A stretch of DNA of 64,000 nucleotides from Cyanobacteriota bacterium (GCA_046045965.1 JBJOKS010000003.1:64001-128000), one strand, 5' to 3'; positions 1 through 11,136 are shown, numbered from the stretch's first letter. Numbers and translations are program-made. Notes: generated by a model not told the origin, from the letters alone.

Positions 1-1149
<1,149 letters not shown>

Positions 1150-1637
1150 TGAGATCCTTTAATCAAATAGGTTACTTTAGTTAGATACCCTATATGACTT
1201 TAGACATAGCTATAAGTTCCCAAGTGAATGTAATTTTCTACACTTCTTTGTCGGCTACAAAAATATAAGGCTATGATTTTAATACATCTATCCGTAGGAA
1301 TATTTTCGTATGTATTTACACTTAAATGATTCAATAATGCTTGTTGTTTACGGTACGACTTGATAATAAACATATATAAAGATATATGAAAACTACACTC
1401 AAAGATTAGGCGATCGCTCTATACATTCAGGTGATCAGACAATACAAACTCACCTAAAAACAATAAAGAAGCATCTGATCGTTCTCAACTTCCCCTGAAC
1501 ACATTCCCCCTTATACCCATCGGTTCTTGAGAACAAATCCTTGATGAAAATTGGTTTCCTGAATATAGCTGCAATCATCACGATAAACCCGACTAAAATA
1601 GATACACCAATTACCCTTCCTCCAGGAGTATCTAGCG

Positions 1638-1838
1638 GTGCAGCCAGATTTAGTAGGCTTGGAAATTAGCAAAGGTGAATTAAAACGCTTAACAGGCTTT
1701 GACACAGAAGACGTTTTTCGTCCTTCAATTATGGCAGACCAGCAAAAGCGCATCGGCTTTTTTATTAATGAAGCTTTGGTAGCTTTAGCACTGACACCGA
1801 TTATTGTCGGTATCCAAAAAATCAACCTCTCTATTTAA
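1638..1838 (+). pseudogene. Probable truncated remnant of a conserved cyanobacterial membrane protein
   Basis: GTG start with AGGAG RBS; protein-like N-terminus (QPDLVGLEISKGELKRLTGFD...) ending abruptly just after a hydrophobic segment (ALVALALTPIIVG); I recall longer homologues but cannot verify. Confidence 0.4.
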
Positions 1839-1853
1839 TCGGGAGAATCCTAA

Positions 1854-2309
1854 ATGATATCTCAATTATTGAGTCAAACTCTCTATGAACAAGATTATCC
1901 CCAGTGGTTGGAAATCACTTTACAACAATTACAGGAAAAAGACATAGAAAATATTGATTGGGAGCATTTAATAGAGGAGATTACCACATTGGGTAATGAA
2001 CAAAAACACAAACTAGAAAGTTATCTATTACAACTGCTCAAACATCTGCTATTGTATCAGCACTGGAGCATTCCTGATTGTAAAAATCATTGGGAAGTAG
2101 AAATTGATAATTTTCGTGTAGAAATCAGGAAATTAACCAAATCAAAAAACCTCTATAATTATCTGTTAACAGTGCTGGATGAAGTATATAATGATGCAGC
2201 ACGACAAGCTAAGAAAAAAAGTGGTTTAAATTGTTTTCCCCAAACTTGCCCTTACACAATTGAACAAATTTTAGATGTAGAATATTTACCACCATTCACA
2301 TACTTATGA
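1854..2309 (+). CDS. DUF29 family protein
   Basis: LYEQDYPQWLE...IDWEHLIEEI..LG..LLKHLL...FPQTCPYTIEQILD signature. Confidence 0.9.
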   Translation: MISQLLSQTLYEQDYPQWLEITLQQLQEKDIENIDWEHLIEEITTLGNEQKHKLESYLLQLLKHLLLYQHWSIPDCKNHWEVEIDNFRVEIRKLTKSKNLYNYLLTVLDEVYNDAARQAKKKSGLNCFPQTCPYTIEQILDVEYLPPFTYL

Positions 2310-3628
2310 ATAACCAACCCAAAATAATCGTTTTAGATGATGATCCAACTGGTTCTCAAACCGTTCACAGTTGCTTACTCCTGATGCGCTGGGATGTGGA
2401 AACCTTGCGTTTGGGGTTAAAAGATGATGCTCCTATTTTCTTTATTTTAACCAATACGCGATCGCTCACCCCAGAAGATGCAGCAAACGTCACCAGAGAA
2501 GTTTGTCATAACCTGAAAATTGCCTTAGCAGCAGAAAAAATCGAGGATTTTCTCGTAGTTAGTCGTTCTGACTCCACCTTACGCGGTCATTATCCCATAG
2601 AAACCGATGTCATCGCCGCAGAACTTGGACCCTTTGACGCTCATTTTCTCGTACCCGCATTTTTTGAAGGTGGGAGAATTACCCGCGACAGCATCCATTA
2701 TCTCATTATTGACGGTGTTCCTACCCCCGTACATGAAACAGAATTTGCTCGTGATTCTGTTTTTAGTTACAATTACAGCTACTTGCCTAAGTACGTAGAA
2801 GAAAAAACCAAAGGACGCATCAAGGAAGATACTGTCACTAGGTTTTTACTTGCAGATATCCGTGCTGGAAGTTTAGAAAGCTTACTACAACTGCATGATA
2901 ATCAATGTGGGGTAGTTGATGGCGAAACCCAAGCGGATCTTAACACCTTTGCTGTAGATATATTAACAGCCGCAAGTCAAAGAAAACGCTTTTTGTTCCG
3001 TTCCGCTGCTAGTATATTAACAGCTTTAGCGGCTTTACCCCCCCAACCCATCCCTGCTGAAAATATGGCAGAATATGTGCGTGGTGGTAAACCGGGTGCA
3101 GTGATTGTTGGTTCCCACGTCAAAAAGACAACTCAACAGTTAGAATCATTGTTAGCAGTTGAGGGAACGGTGGGGATAGAAGTTAATGTGGGAAGATTAC
3201 TTGATGATGGAGTGAATGAATCTGCTAAACTGCTAACCGAGATTCTGGAAAATGTCCGGGAAGTACATAATGCTGGGAAAACACCAGTAGTTTACACTAG
3301 CCGTCAGGAATTATCTTTTAAAGATGTCAAAACCAGGTTAGAATTTGGGGCAACAGTTTCGGCTTTATTAATGGATATTGTCAAGGGTTTACCAGCTGAT
3401 ATAGGATTCTTAATCAGCAAGGGGGGTATTACTTCTAATGATGTCTTGAGTACCGGACTAGCTTTAACTTCTGCTAGGTTATTAGGTCAAATTTTAGCCG
3501 GTTGTTCAATGGTAATTACACCATCTGATCATCCTCAGTTTCCTAATTTACCTGTTGTATTATTTCCCGGTAATGTCGGTAATGCTGATGCCTTAGCTAC
3601 AATTTATCAAAGATTGACTAATCAGTAA
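2306..3628 (+). CDS. Four-carbon acid sugar kinase family protein (DUF1537/OtnK/YgbK-like)
   Basis: IIVLDDDPTGSQ, RSDSTLRGH, PAFFEGGR, VGSHV, SKGGITS, FPGNVG motifs. Confidence 0.9.
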   Translation: MNNQPKIIVLDDDPTGSQTVHSCLLLMRWDVETLRLGLKDDAPIFFILTNTRSLTPEDAANVTREVCHNLKIALAAEKIEDFLVVSRSDSTLRGHYPIETDVIAAELGPFDAHFLVPAFFEGGRITRDSIHYLIIDGVPTPVHETEFARDSVFSYNYSYLPKYVEEKTKGRIKEDTVTRFLLADIRAGSLESLLQLHDNQCGVVDGETQADLNTFAVDILTAASQRKRFLFRSAASILTALAALPPQPIPAENMAEYVRGGKPGAVIVGSHVKKTTQQLESLLAVEGTVGIEVNVGRLLDDGVNESAKLLTEILENVREVHNAGKTPVVYTSRQELSFKDVKTRLEFGATVSALLMDIVKGLPADIGFLISKGGITSNDVLSTGLALTSARLLGQILAGCSMVITPSDHPQFPNLPVVLFPGNVGNADALATIYQRLTNQ

Positions 3629-3650
3629 TTAGTTATCAGGAGTTAGGAGA

Positions 3651-3768
3651 ATTTTAGATTTTAGATTTTAGATTTTAGATTTTAGATTTTAGATTGGAGT
3701 TAACAAAAACAATCTAAAATCAAAATTTGTATCACCAATTACCAATTACCAATTACCAATTACCAATT
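3651..3768. repeat. STRR heptamer arrays (TTTTAGA)n and (ACCAATT)n
   Basis: Direct tandem 7-mers upstream of minC. Confidence 0.9.
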
Positions 3769-3772
3769 AAGA

Positions 3773-4837
3773 ATGAATTTTGATTCTAAGAAATCATCAA
3801 AAGATTTGGAAATGGAGTCAAATTCTGCACTTCCTAATGCAGAAGCAATCTCTATTAATGATGATAGAGAGGATAAAATTGCCAATCCTGTTGATAAAAA
3901 AGCAGATACAAGTGTTGAAGATCGAGACAATGATTCTATTATCCCCAATGGGGAGTTAAATTCTGTTCTTGTCTATTTACAAGCTAATTCATCTGGGAAA
4001 GTAGACTCTAATTCTGAAGAGAAGAAAACAGAAGAATCTGCTGCGGATTTAATTGATTTGAACAGCGATGAGTTAGGATTACCAGAACAAAGAATCAACA
4101 ATAATATTCAAGTTCAGATCCAAACGGAGGAGGGAAGACTATTATTAATTTTGCCAACTGAATCTCAAGTACCTGCTTCTGAATTCAGTTGGTCCCAGAT
4201 TTGGCAACAAATGAGACAGCGACTCAATGGTAGTGATCGCTTGCGGACACCTAATACTATAGTCCATTTAGTCGCAAAAGACCGCTTATTAGATAGTAGA
4301 CAACTGCAAGAACTGGCAGAAACATTAAGTGAAATCAAACTTCAGTTAAAATCAGTTGTCACTAGTCGCAGACAAACAGCGATCGCCGCTTGTACATTAG
4401 GTTATTCTGTTGAACAAATACAGCTACAATCATCCTTAACTACTGATCTCCAAGCTACTCCCAAACCTTTAGCAGATGCGCTCTATCTAGAAATGACTGT
4501 AAGATCAGGTGGAGAAATTCGTCATCCCGGCACGGTGATTATTTTGGGAGATATCAATCCTGGTGGTATTGTGGTTGCAGATGGAGATATTCTAGTTTGG
4601 GGTCGTCTGCGGGGGGTGGCTCATGCTGGTGCTGGGGGAAATCGTAATTGTCTAATTATGGCTTTGCAAATGGAACCAACCCAACTGCGAATCGCCGATG
4701 CAGTTGCGAGAGCGCCTGAAAAGTCGCTGACACAGTTCTTTCCTGAAGTGGCGCATATCACACCCCAAGGCATCCGCATCGCCAAAGCTACTGATTTTTC
4801 TCGCACTCAGTTAAGTAAAATTAATCAAAGTTTCTAA
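3773..4837 (+). CDS. minC: Septum site-determining protein MinC with acidic N-terminal extension
   Basis: TVRSGGEI..GTVIILGDINPGG.VVADGDILVWGRLRGVAHAG beta-helix; adjacent to minD. Confidence 0.95.
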   Translation: MNFDSKKSSKDLEMESNSALPNAEAISINDDREDKIANPVDKKADTSVEDRDNDSIIPNGELNSVLVYLQANSSGKVDSNSEEKKTEESAADLIDLNSDELGLPEQRINNNIQVQIQTEEGRLLLILPTESQVPASEFSWSQIWQQMRQRLNGSDRLRTPNTIVHLVAKDRLLDSRQLQELAETLSEIKLQLKSVVTSRRQTAIAACTLGYSVEQIQLQSSLTTDLQATPKPLADALYLEMTVRSGGEIRHPGTVIILGDINPGGIVVADGDILVWGRLRGVAHAGAGGNRNCLIMALQMEPTQLRIADAVARAPEKSLTQFFPEVAHITPQGIRIAKATDFSRTQLSKINQSF

Positions 4838-4904
4838 ATATTTCTAAATATTCTCTAAATATTTAGTATTATTTCCACCAAACCTAATCGAGCGCATTGC
4901 TGTT

Positions 4905-5711
4905 ATGAGTCGTATTATTGTAATTACCTCCGGTAAAGGAGGAGTGGGTAAAACCACGGTTTCCGCAAATTTGGGCATGGCTTTAGCCAAAATCGGGCGA
5001 CAAGTTGCCCTGGTTGATGCGGATTTTGGTTTGAGAAATTTAGATTTGCTACTAGGACTGGAAAACCGCATTGTTTACACAGCGGTAGAAGTGTTAGCTA
5101 GAGAGTGTCGTTTAGATCAAGCTTTGGTGAAAGATAAACGACAACCTAATCTGGTACTTCTACCAGCTGCCCAAAATCGGACTAAAGATGCTGTCACACC
5201 TGACCAAATGAAATTGCTAGTAAATGCACTAGCGCAAAAATACCAGTATGTAGTGATTGATAGTCCCGCCGGGATTGAAATGGGGTTTAAAAATGCGATC
5301 GCCCCAGCTAAAGAATCCCTCATTGTCACCACCCCAGAAATCTCCGCAGTCCGCGATGCTGACCGGGTAGTGGGATTATTAGAAGCACAAGGTGTCAAAA
5401 AGATCCATTTAATAATTAACCGGATTAGACCTGCAATGGTACGGGCAAATGATATGATGTCTGTGCAGGATGTTCAGGAACTTCTCGCTATTCCCTTAAT
5501 TGGGGTCATCCCTGACGACGAGCGTGTGATTGTCTCTACCAACCGAGGAGAACCTTTAGTATTATCAGAAACTCCTTCTTTAGCGTCCATAGCTTTTGAG
5601 AACATTGCTCGGAGATTAGAAGGGGAAACTGTCGAATTTCTTGAGCTTGACTCACCTAACGACAACATCTTTTCCCGGTTGCGGAAGTTGTTGTGGACAA
5701 AAATTGTTTAA
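4905..5711 (+). CDS. minD: Septum site-determining ATPase MinD
   Basis: [28 protein letters not shown]-terminal amphipathic helix. Confidence 0.98.
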   Translation: MSRIIVITSGKGGVGKTTVSANLGMALAKIGRQVALVDADFGLRNLDLLLGLENRIVYTAVEVLARECRLDQALVKDKRQPNLVLLPAAQNRTKDAVTPDQMKLLVNALAQKYQYVVIDSPAGIEMGFKNAIAPAKESLIVTTPEISAVRDADRVVGLLEAQGVKKIHLIINRIRPAMVRANDMMSVQDVQELLAIPLIGVIPDDERVIVSTNRGEPLVLSETPSLASIAFENIARRLEGETVEFLELDSPNDNIFSRLRKLLWTKIV

Positions 5712-5746
5712 CTTATTTTCCAGTCTCCGCCTTAAAACTAGCAGCA

Positions 5747-6055
5747 ATGATTCTTGAACTTTTAGAAAAACTTTTTGTTCGCACACCTGACACCAGTCGT
5801 ACCCAAGTTAAACGTCGTCTACAAGTAGTTATAGCTCACGACCGTGCCGATTTAGACGCGCAAACTTTGGAAAAAATGCGCCAGGAAATCCTAGCTATTG
5901 TTTGTCGATATGTAGAAATTGAGACAGATGGTTTGGAGTTTTCCCTAGAAAGCAACCAACGTACAACTGCTTTAATCGCTAATTTACCTATTCGTCGGGT
6001 AAAGGAAGCTACATCTGAGTCGGAAGACACTAGTGATACATCTATTGAGGTTTGA
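5747..6055 (+). CDS. minE: Cell division topological specificity factor MinE
   Basis: [13 protein letters not shown]...[13 protein letters not shown] at 5747 preferred over upstream start. Confidence 0.95.
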   Translation: MILELLEKLFVRTPDTSRTQVKRRLQVVIAHDRADLDAQTLEKMRQEILAIVCRYVEIETDGLEFSLESNQRTTALIANLPIRRVKEATSESEDTSDTSIEV

Positions 6056-6076
6056 TCTGTAGGGTGGGTTAGGAGT

Positions 6077-6212
6077 CAATACTTTTCGGTTAAGCCCAAC
6101 AAATATAATGATGTAGGTTGGGTTGACGATAGGAAACCCAACATTTACAAGGGTTTGTTGGGTTTCACTTTGTTCAACCCAACCTACGAAAACTCTTAAC
6201 CGAACAGTATCG
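6077..6212. mobile_element. 136-bp MITE, copy 1 (Nezha-like geometry)
   Basis: 18-bp TIRs CAATACTTTTCGGTTAAG / CTTAACCGAACAGTATCG; 10-bp TSD GGTTAGGAGT at 6067-6076 and 6213-6222; near-identical copy at 47344-47479. Confidence 0.9.
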
Positions 6213-6259
6213 GGTTAGGAGTGTAATTTAATTTCCACTGTAACCTACCTTTTCTGAGT

Positions 6260-6539
6260 TTCAAGACTTGACAAATCGCAAATATTATTGTACACTTATG
6301 TTATGAGTGGGAATCTGTGGGCGCATATATATAGGCTTTTTAACTGTCTGAATCAGGATAACCAGGATTTAATGATTTACAGGATGGTAATTTTTAGATG
6401 GTTCGTTTGGTGATAAAATTTGCATTTGTCTGAATCAGGATAACCAGGATTTCAGGATTTATGCTAATGAAAATTGCATTTGTCTGAATCAGGATAACCA
6501 GGATTTCAGGATTTACAGGATGGTAATTTTTAGATGGTT
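6260..6539 (+). repeat. Dispersed promoter-leader element followed by three TGTCTGAATCAGGATAACCAGGATTT repeats
   Basis: 26-bp repeat at 6345, 6427 and 6481; 6260-6386 is homologous to the reverse complement of 33645-33772. Confidence 0.8.
6268..6296 (+). promoter_or_regulatory. Consensus sigma70-type promoter with no downstream sense ORF
   Basis: TTGACA (6268-6273), 17 nt, TACACT (6291-6296); spacing conserved in the 33736-33764 copy. Confidence 0.6.
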
Positions 6540-6652
6540 TAAATTATTCAAAAACAATCATCCAATCACATCCTGATAGCAAAGTGTAGTGTTAGCCATA
6601 AATGCTCAAAACTTGTTATATATGGCGCGGACAGATTTCTAGATATACCATT

Positions 6653-6681
6653 ACAATAGCAAAAACTCAGAACACTGTCAA
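6653..6681 (-). promoter_or_regulatory. Convergent sigma70-type promoter of a divergent copy of the same element
   Basis: Minus strand TTGACA-17nt-TATTGT, followed by AATCTGTCCGCGCCATATATA resembling AATCTGTGGGCGCATATATA. Confidence 0.5.
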
Positions 6682-6782
6682 CCCCCCTCGCTGAAATAAC
6701 GAAAACTCATTAAATTATTGACTTCATTCTCAATAATGTTGAGAATAGACCCTCCTTTATTGATAAAAATCTTTTTTTCGAT

Positions 6783-6815
6783 AGATCCCCGACTTCTTCA
6801 AGAAGCGAGGGATCT
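6783..6815. repeat. Small dispersed palindromic repeat AGATCCCCGACTTCTT..AAGAAG..GGGATCT
   Basis: Imperfect hairpin; related copy at 14101-14128. Confidence 0.65.
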
Positions 6816-6888
6816 GGGTATTAGCAGAAAGAAACCGAAAAACCTCTTCCCTCCTGCCTCCTGCCTCCTGCCTCCTGCCTTCTACTAA

Positions 6889-8241
6889 TTAAATCAATCC
6901 TGCTGATTCATACAGTCTTTTAAACAAAGCTTTAATCTTAGTACCATAATCTAAATCTGCTGACCATCTTCCTGATAGTTGATCAACAGAAGGTGCAACA
7001 CCCCTAGTCACAAATCTAAACCGAGGATCTACTTCTTGTTGTACTAAAGGTTCTAAACTAGCGTAGGCTTTTAAATGTTGAATATGCGCTCTCACACCAA
7101 TTCTGGCACTAGGAAAAGATGCAGCTTCAGATCCACCACCGATCGCTCCTAAACCGGCAAAGTTATTTTGTTGAGGTTTAATATCGCTACCAAAACGTAA
7201 AAAGCCAGTTTCTAGACACATTTGAGAAAAGGCAATATCATGATTTACTCCTTCAATTGTCGCTTCTTCCCGATACAGTTTAGGAATGTCAGGAAACTGT
7301 ACTAAAGCATTTTCATTGTTATTCCTCAAAAATAGTTGTAGCTGCACTTCTGTGGTATTACCATTAGAAATAATTTGCTCAATATGTCCAGGACAAATTG
7401 TTAAAATTGAACGGAGTTTAAGAGTTCGAGTTGCACTATCCCAAGCAATAGAAATATTAAAATCTCTCAGTTCAATGGCTTTGATATAAACTACACGCCG
7501 ATAAGTTACACGGTTAACATTAGGAGCTTTTGATAAATCAATCCGCAACCGATCTACCAAATCAATGGGAATATAAGAATTACCATTAATTAATACCCCT
7601 TGTTCTGGATAATTTTGCCCATTGATGTTAATATTAATTGGTGGATAATTTGGTTCTATAGGAGTTCCCGGACTAGGATCAACTGCTCGACTCCAAGCTA
7701 TTAATCCATCAACAATTCCTAAAGCAAAATCACGACGACGAGTTTGTAATAAATTGCGATCGTCTGGACTGCTGAGAAACCCTACTTGCATGACTAAAGC
7801 TGGTAAAGTAGTGCGGCGACAAAACTGTAAACTACCTAAGCCGCTGTCTGTATCTGGTCTGACTCCGCGATTAGGTAATTGAGGTACACGACGCAACAAT
7901 CCCATCAGTAACATTTCTGCATTTTGCTTGCGTTGATTGTTGCTGGCAATGTAGTAAACACTAGCACCCCTAACAGTAGGACTACTAGCAGCATCAGCTT
8001 GAATTTCTACAGCCACATCAGTGGAACGACCGCGAGAGTTAATCCAGGTGATAGTTTGGGCAGCACTTAAATCATCAGGTACAGCTAAAACTTCAACACT
8101 ACGCGCCCTAAGTTCTGTTACAATCAAATCCCGCAACATAATCATTTCTCTGGCTTCAGTTGTACCACCTGCGATCGCACCAGGATCAATTCCGCTTGCT
8201 TCCCTACCACCATGCGCGGCCGAAATAAAAATACGTCCCAT
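6889..8241 (-). CDS. tftA: Amidase_3 plus glucosaminidase-domain cell wall protein, TftA-like (hormogonium tapered terminus morphoprotein)
   Basis: N-terminal IFISAAHGG..DPGA...TTEA amidase fold; C-terminal QMCLETGF...QNNFAGLGA...GVRAHIQHL glucosaminidase motifs. Confidence 0.75.
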   Translation of the reverse strand: MGRIFISAAHGGREASGIDPGAIAGGTTEAREMIMLRDLIVTELRARSVEVLAVPDDLSAAQTITWINSRGRSTDVAVEIQADAASSPTVRGASVYYIASNNQRKQNAEMLLMGLLRRVPQLPNRGVRPDTDSGLGSLQFCRRTTLPALVMQVGFLSSPDDRNLLQTRRRDFALGIVDGLIAWSRAVDPSPGTPIEPNYPPINININGQNYPEQGVLINGNSYIPIDLVDRLRIDLSKAPNVNRVTYRRVVYIKAIELRDFNISIAWDSATRTLKLRSILTICPGHIEQIISNGNTTEVQLQLFLRNNNENALVQFPDIPKLYREEATIEGVNHDIAFSQMCLETGFLRFGSDIKPQQNNFAGLGAIGGGSEAASFPSARIGVRAHIQHLKAYASLEPLVQQEVDPRFRFVTRGVAPSVDQLSGRWSADLDYGTKIKALFKRLYESAGLI

Positions 8242-8324
8242 TTTGATTATTTTCCGTTGTTAAGCTCCAGCATGAAGCAATTTTAGCGATTATTTTGGGT
8301 CTGGGATCAAGAATATAATAAGGC

Positions 8325-8408
8325 AGGAGTCAGGAGTCAGGAGTCAGGAGTTTTGATTTTTTCCCCAATCACCAATCACCAATCACCAATCACCAATCAC
8401 CAATCACC
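8325..8408. repeat. STRR arrays (CAGGAGT)n and (CAATCAC)n
   Basis: Tandem heptamers upstream of dnaG. Confidence 0.9.
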
Positions 8409-8413
8409 CAAAA

Positions 8414-10324
8414 ATGCAAATCCCCCGTTTACATCCAGATACAATAGAAGAAGTTAAACACCGGGCTGATATTGTTGATGTTGTCTCAGATTACGTGGTA
8501 TTACGTAGACGGGGCAAAGATTTTGTTGGTTTATGTCCTTTTCATGATGAAAAAAGCCCCAGTTTTACAGTTAGTCCCGCCAAGCAAATGTATTATTGCT
8601 TCGGTTGTCAAGCTGCGGGTAACGCCATTAAGTTTGTCATGGATTTGAATAAACGACATTTTGCAGAAGTAGTTTTAGATTTAGCAAAACGTTATCAAGT
8701 TCCTGTAAAAACTTTAGCCCCTGAACAAAGACAAGAATTACAGCGTCAGATATCTTTACGTGAGCAATTATATGAAATTCTAGCATCTACATCCCAATTT
8801 TATCAACACGCTTTAAGGCAAAATTTGGGTCAAAAAGCGATGCAATATTTACAGGAAAATCGTCAATTAAAAATAGAAACAATTCAACAATTTGGTTTAG
8901 GTTATGCTCCTTCTGGGTGGGAAACTTTATATCGTTATTTGGTGGAAGATAAACATTATCCTGTGCAGTTGGTAGAAAAAGCCGGTTTAATTAAACCCAG
9001 GAAAGAAGGGGGCGGTTATTATGATGTATTTCGGGATCGGTTAATGATTCCTATCCGCGATATTCAAGGAAGAGTAATTGCTTTTGGTGGCAGAACTTTA
9101 ACAGATGAACAACCAAAATATTTAAATTCACCAGAAACAGAATTATTTAGTAAAGGTAAAACCTTATTTGCTTTAGATCAAGCCAAAGATGGTATTTCTA
9201 AATCAGATCAAGGGGTAGTTGTAGAGGGATATTTTGATGCGATCGCTCTCCATGCAGCAGGAATTAATAATGTCGTTGCATCCCTGGGTACAGCATTAAG
9301 CATAGAACAAGTGCGGCTATTATTGCGTTACACAGATTCCAAACAATTAATACTCAATTTTGATGCAGATAAAGCCGGAATTAACGCCGCAGAAAGAGCA
9401 ATTGGTGAAATTGCCACCTTAGCATATAAAGGTGAAGTACAGTTAAAAATTCTCAACATTCCCGACGGTAAAGATGCAGATGAATACTTACAAAATCATA
9501 CAGCAGCAGATTATCAGCAACTATTAACAAATGCACCACTGTGGTTAAATTGGCAAATTGAGGAAATCATTAAAGATAGAGATTTAAAACAAGCTACCGA
9601 TTTTCAAATAGTTACTAAAGAAATGGTTAAACTCTTGCAGAAAATCGTTAATAGTGATACACTTAATTATTATATTTCCTACTGTGCAGAAATACTCAGC
9701 TTAGGTGACACTAGATTAATACCCCTAAGAGTTGAGAACCTACTAACTCAAATTGCACCTGCTAGTGTGCAAACTCCACCACTGCGACCACGCAAACCAG
9801 AGTCAAAAACGCCAAAGCTATCTCTAGTAACCACTGAACGCAGTTTATTAGAACAAGCTGAGGCGTTATTATTGCGGATATTTTTACATTGTCCTGAACA
9901 GCGAGAGGTAATATTTGCAGAATTAGAAGAGCGAAATTTAGAATTTAGCCTTTCTCATCATCGGTTTTTGTGGCAAAAAAGTTTAGAATTTCCATTAGAA
10001 GAAATAGATTTAATTTCTAAATTACAAAATCGGTATTTAGAATTAGAAGAAGATTTAAAAATAGTATCTCATGTATTTCATTTAAACGAGAAAAACAAAA
10101 CAGAAATATTAAGAACACCTCAAGTTGTACAAGCAACATTAGCTTGTATGGAAAGAGTTTTGAGAGAAAAACGTTATCGTCATTTTATGGAACTGTGGAA
10201 GAAAATTGATCCACAAGTAGAACCAGAAAAAGAGAAAATATATTATAATAATGCCATGTCTGAAAAAATGCGGATACAAGAATTAGATAGACAAAGACAA
10301 TTTCCCATTTCCGAATTATTTTAA
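8414..10324 (+). CDS. dnaG: DNA primase
   Basis: CPFH...CFGC zinc finger, FRDRLMIPI, KYLNSPET, VEGYFD, Toprim FDADKAG, GKDADE. Confidence 0.98.
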   Translation: MQIPRLHPDTIEEVKHRADIVDVVSDYVVLRRRGKDFVGLCPFHDEKSPSFTVSPAKQMYYCFGCQAAGNAIKFVMDLNKRHFAEVVLDLAKRYQVPVKTLAPEQRQELQRQISLREQLYEILASTSQFYQHALRQNLGQKAMQYLQENRQLKIETIQQFGLGYAPSGWETLYRYLVEDKHYPVQLVEKAGLIKPRKEGGGYYDVFRDRLMIPIRDIQGRVIAFGGRTLTDEQPKYLNSPETELFSKGKTLFALDQAKDGISKSDQGVVVEGYFDAIALHAAGINNVVASLGTALSIEQVRLLLRYTDSKQLILNFDADKAGINAAERAIGEIATLAYKGEVQLKILNIPDGKDADEYLQNHTAADYQQLLTNAPLWLNWQIEEIIKDRDLKQATDFQIVTKEMVKLLQKIVNSDTLNYYISYCAEILSLGDTRLIPLRVENLLTQIAPASVQTPPLRPRKPESKTPKLSLVTTERSLLEQAEALLLRIFLHCPEQREVIFAELEERNLEFSLSHHRFLWQKSLEFPLEEIDLISKLQNRYLELEEDLKIVSHVFHLNEKNKTEILRTPQVVQATLACMERVLREKRYRHFMELWKKIDPQVEPEKEKIYYNNAMSEKMRIQELDRQRQFPISELF

Positions 10325-10372
10325 TCCTGTAAATCTTGAAATCGTGAAATTCTCATTGAGAGAAATAAACCT

Positions 10373-10981
10373 ATGAAACTACAAACAATTATCCAAGAAA
10401 TCAAAACTGTTAAAGCCTACTATACCCCAGAAGAATATTTAGAACTAGAAGAAAAATCAGAGTACAAAAATGAATATAGAGATGGGGAAATTATACCAAT
10501 GACAGGCGGAACAACAAATCATAATAAACTGGCATTAAATTTAGCTACTAGCCTGAATTTAGCATTAAATGATTTAGACTATGAAGTTTATATAGGTGAT
10601 GTAAAACTGTGGATACCACGCTATCAGGAATTTACCTATCCTGATGTCATGGTCATAGAAGGTGAGCCTATTTATTATAGTACAAATACCACAATTGTCA
10701 CCAATCCTTTATTAATTGCCGAAATTTTATCTAAATCTACAAAAGACTATGATAGGGGTGATAAATTTCTTTATTATCGTTCCATTCCCGAATTTAAAGA
10801 ATATATTTTGATTGATCAAACTCAACATTATGTAATGCAATATGTCAAAAATAATGAAAATCAATGGCTTTTGACAGAGTATGAAACAGAAGATGCTATT
10901 TTAAAACTTTCATCAATTAACCTTCAATTACCTTTAAAAAAACTGTATAAAAAAGTTAACTTTTTAGCACAAATAGAGTAA
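10373..10981 (+). CDS. Uma2 (DUF820) family endonuclease-like protein
   Basis: EEYLELEE..KNEYRDGEI..MTGGT..H; YPDVMV; EILSKST..YDRGDKF..YRSIP. Confidence 0.92.
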   Translation: MKLQTIIQEIKTVKAYYTPEEYLELEEKSEYKNEYRDGEIIPMTGGTTNHNKLALNLATSLNLALNDLDYEVYIGDVKLWIPRYQEFTYPDVMVIEGEPIYYSTNTTIVTNPLLIAEILSKSTKDYDRGDKFLYYRSIPEFKEYILIDQTQHYVMQYVKNNENQWLLTEYETEDAILKLSSINLQLPLKKLYKKVNFLAQIE

Positions 10982-10983
10982 TA

Positions 10984-11092
10984 TCTCGTTCCCAGTCTCT
11001 GACTGGGAATGCCATTACAGAGGTTCTACCTCTACTTTATCATAAGGCAGAGCCTTACAAACTTCATTCCCATACAGAGTATGGGAACGAGA
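10984..11092. repeat. REP/REPIN-like palindromic element
   Basis: Termini TCTCGTTCCCAGTCTCTG / CAGAGTATGGGAACGAGA (16/18 inverted match) with internal hairpins; ACAGAGTATGGGAACGA duplicated again near 11107-11123. Confidence 0.75.
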
Positions 11093-11136
11093 ATTAACGA
11101 TAATTAAACAGAGTATGGGAACGATAAATTAAAACA

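Noticed and set aside
6345..6539. CRISPR array from three 26-bp direct repeats
   Set aside because: Intervening sequences are unequal (56 and 28 nt) and share sequence with each other and the 3' flank; there are no cas genes; related units are dispersed elsewhere
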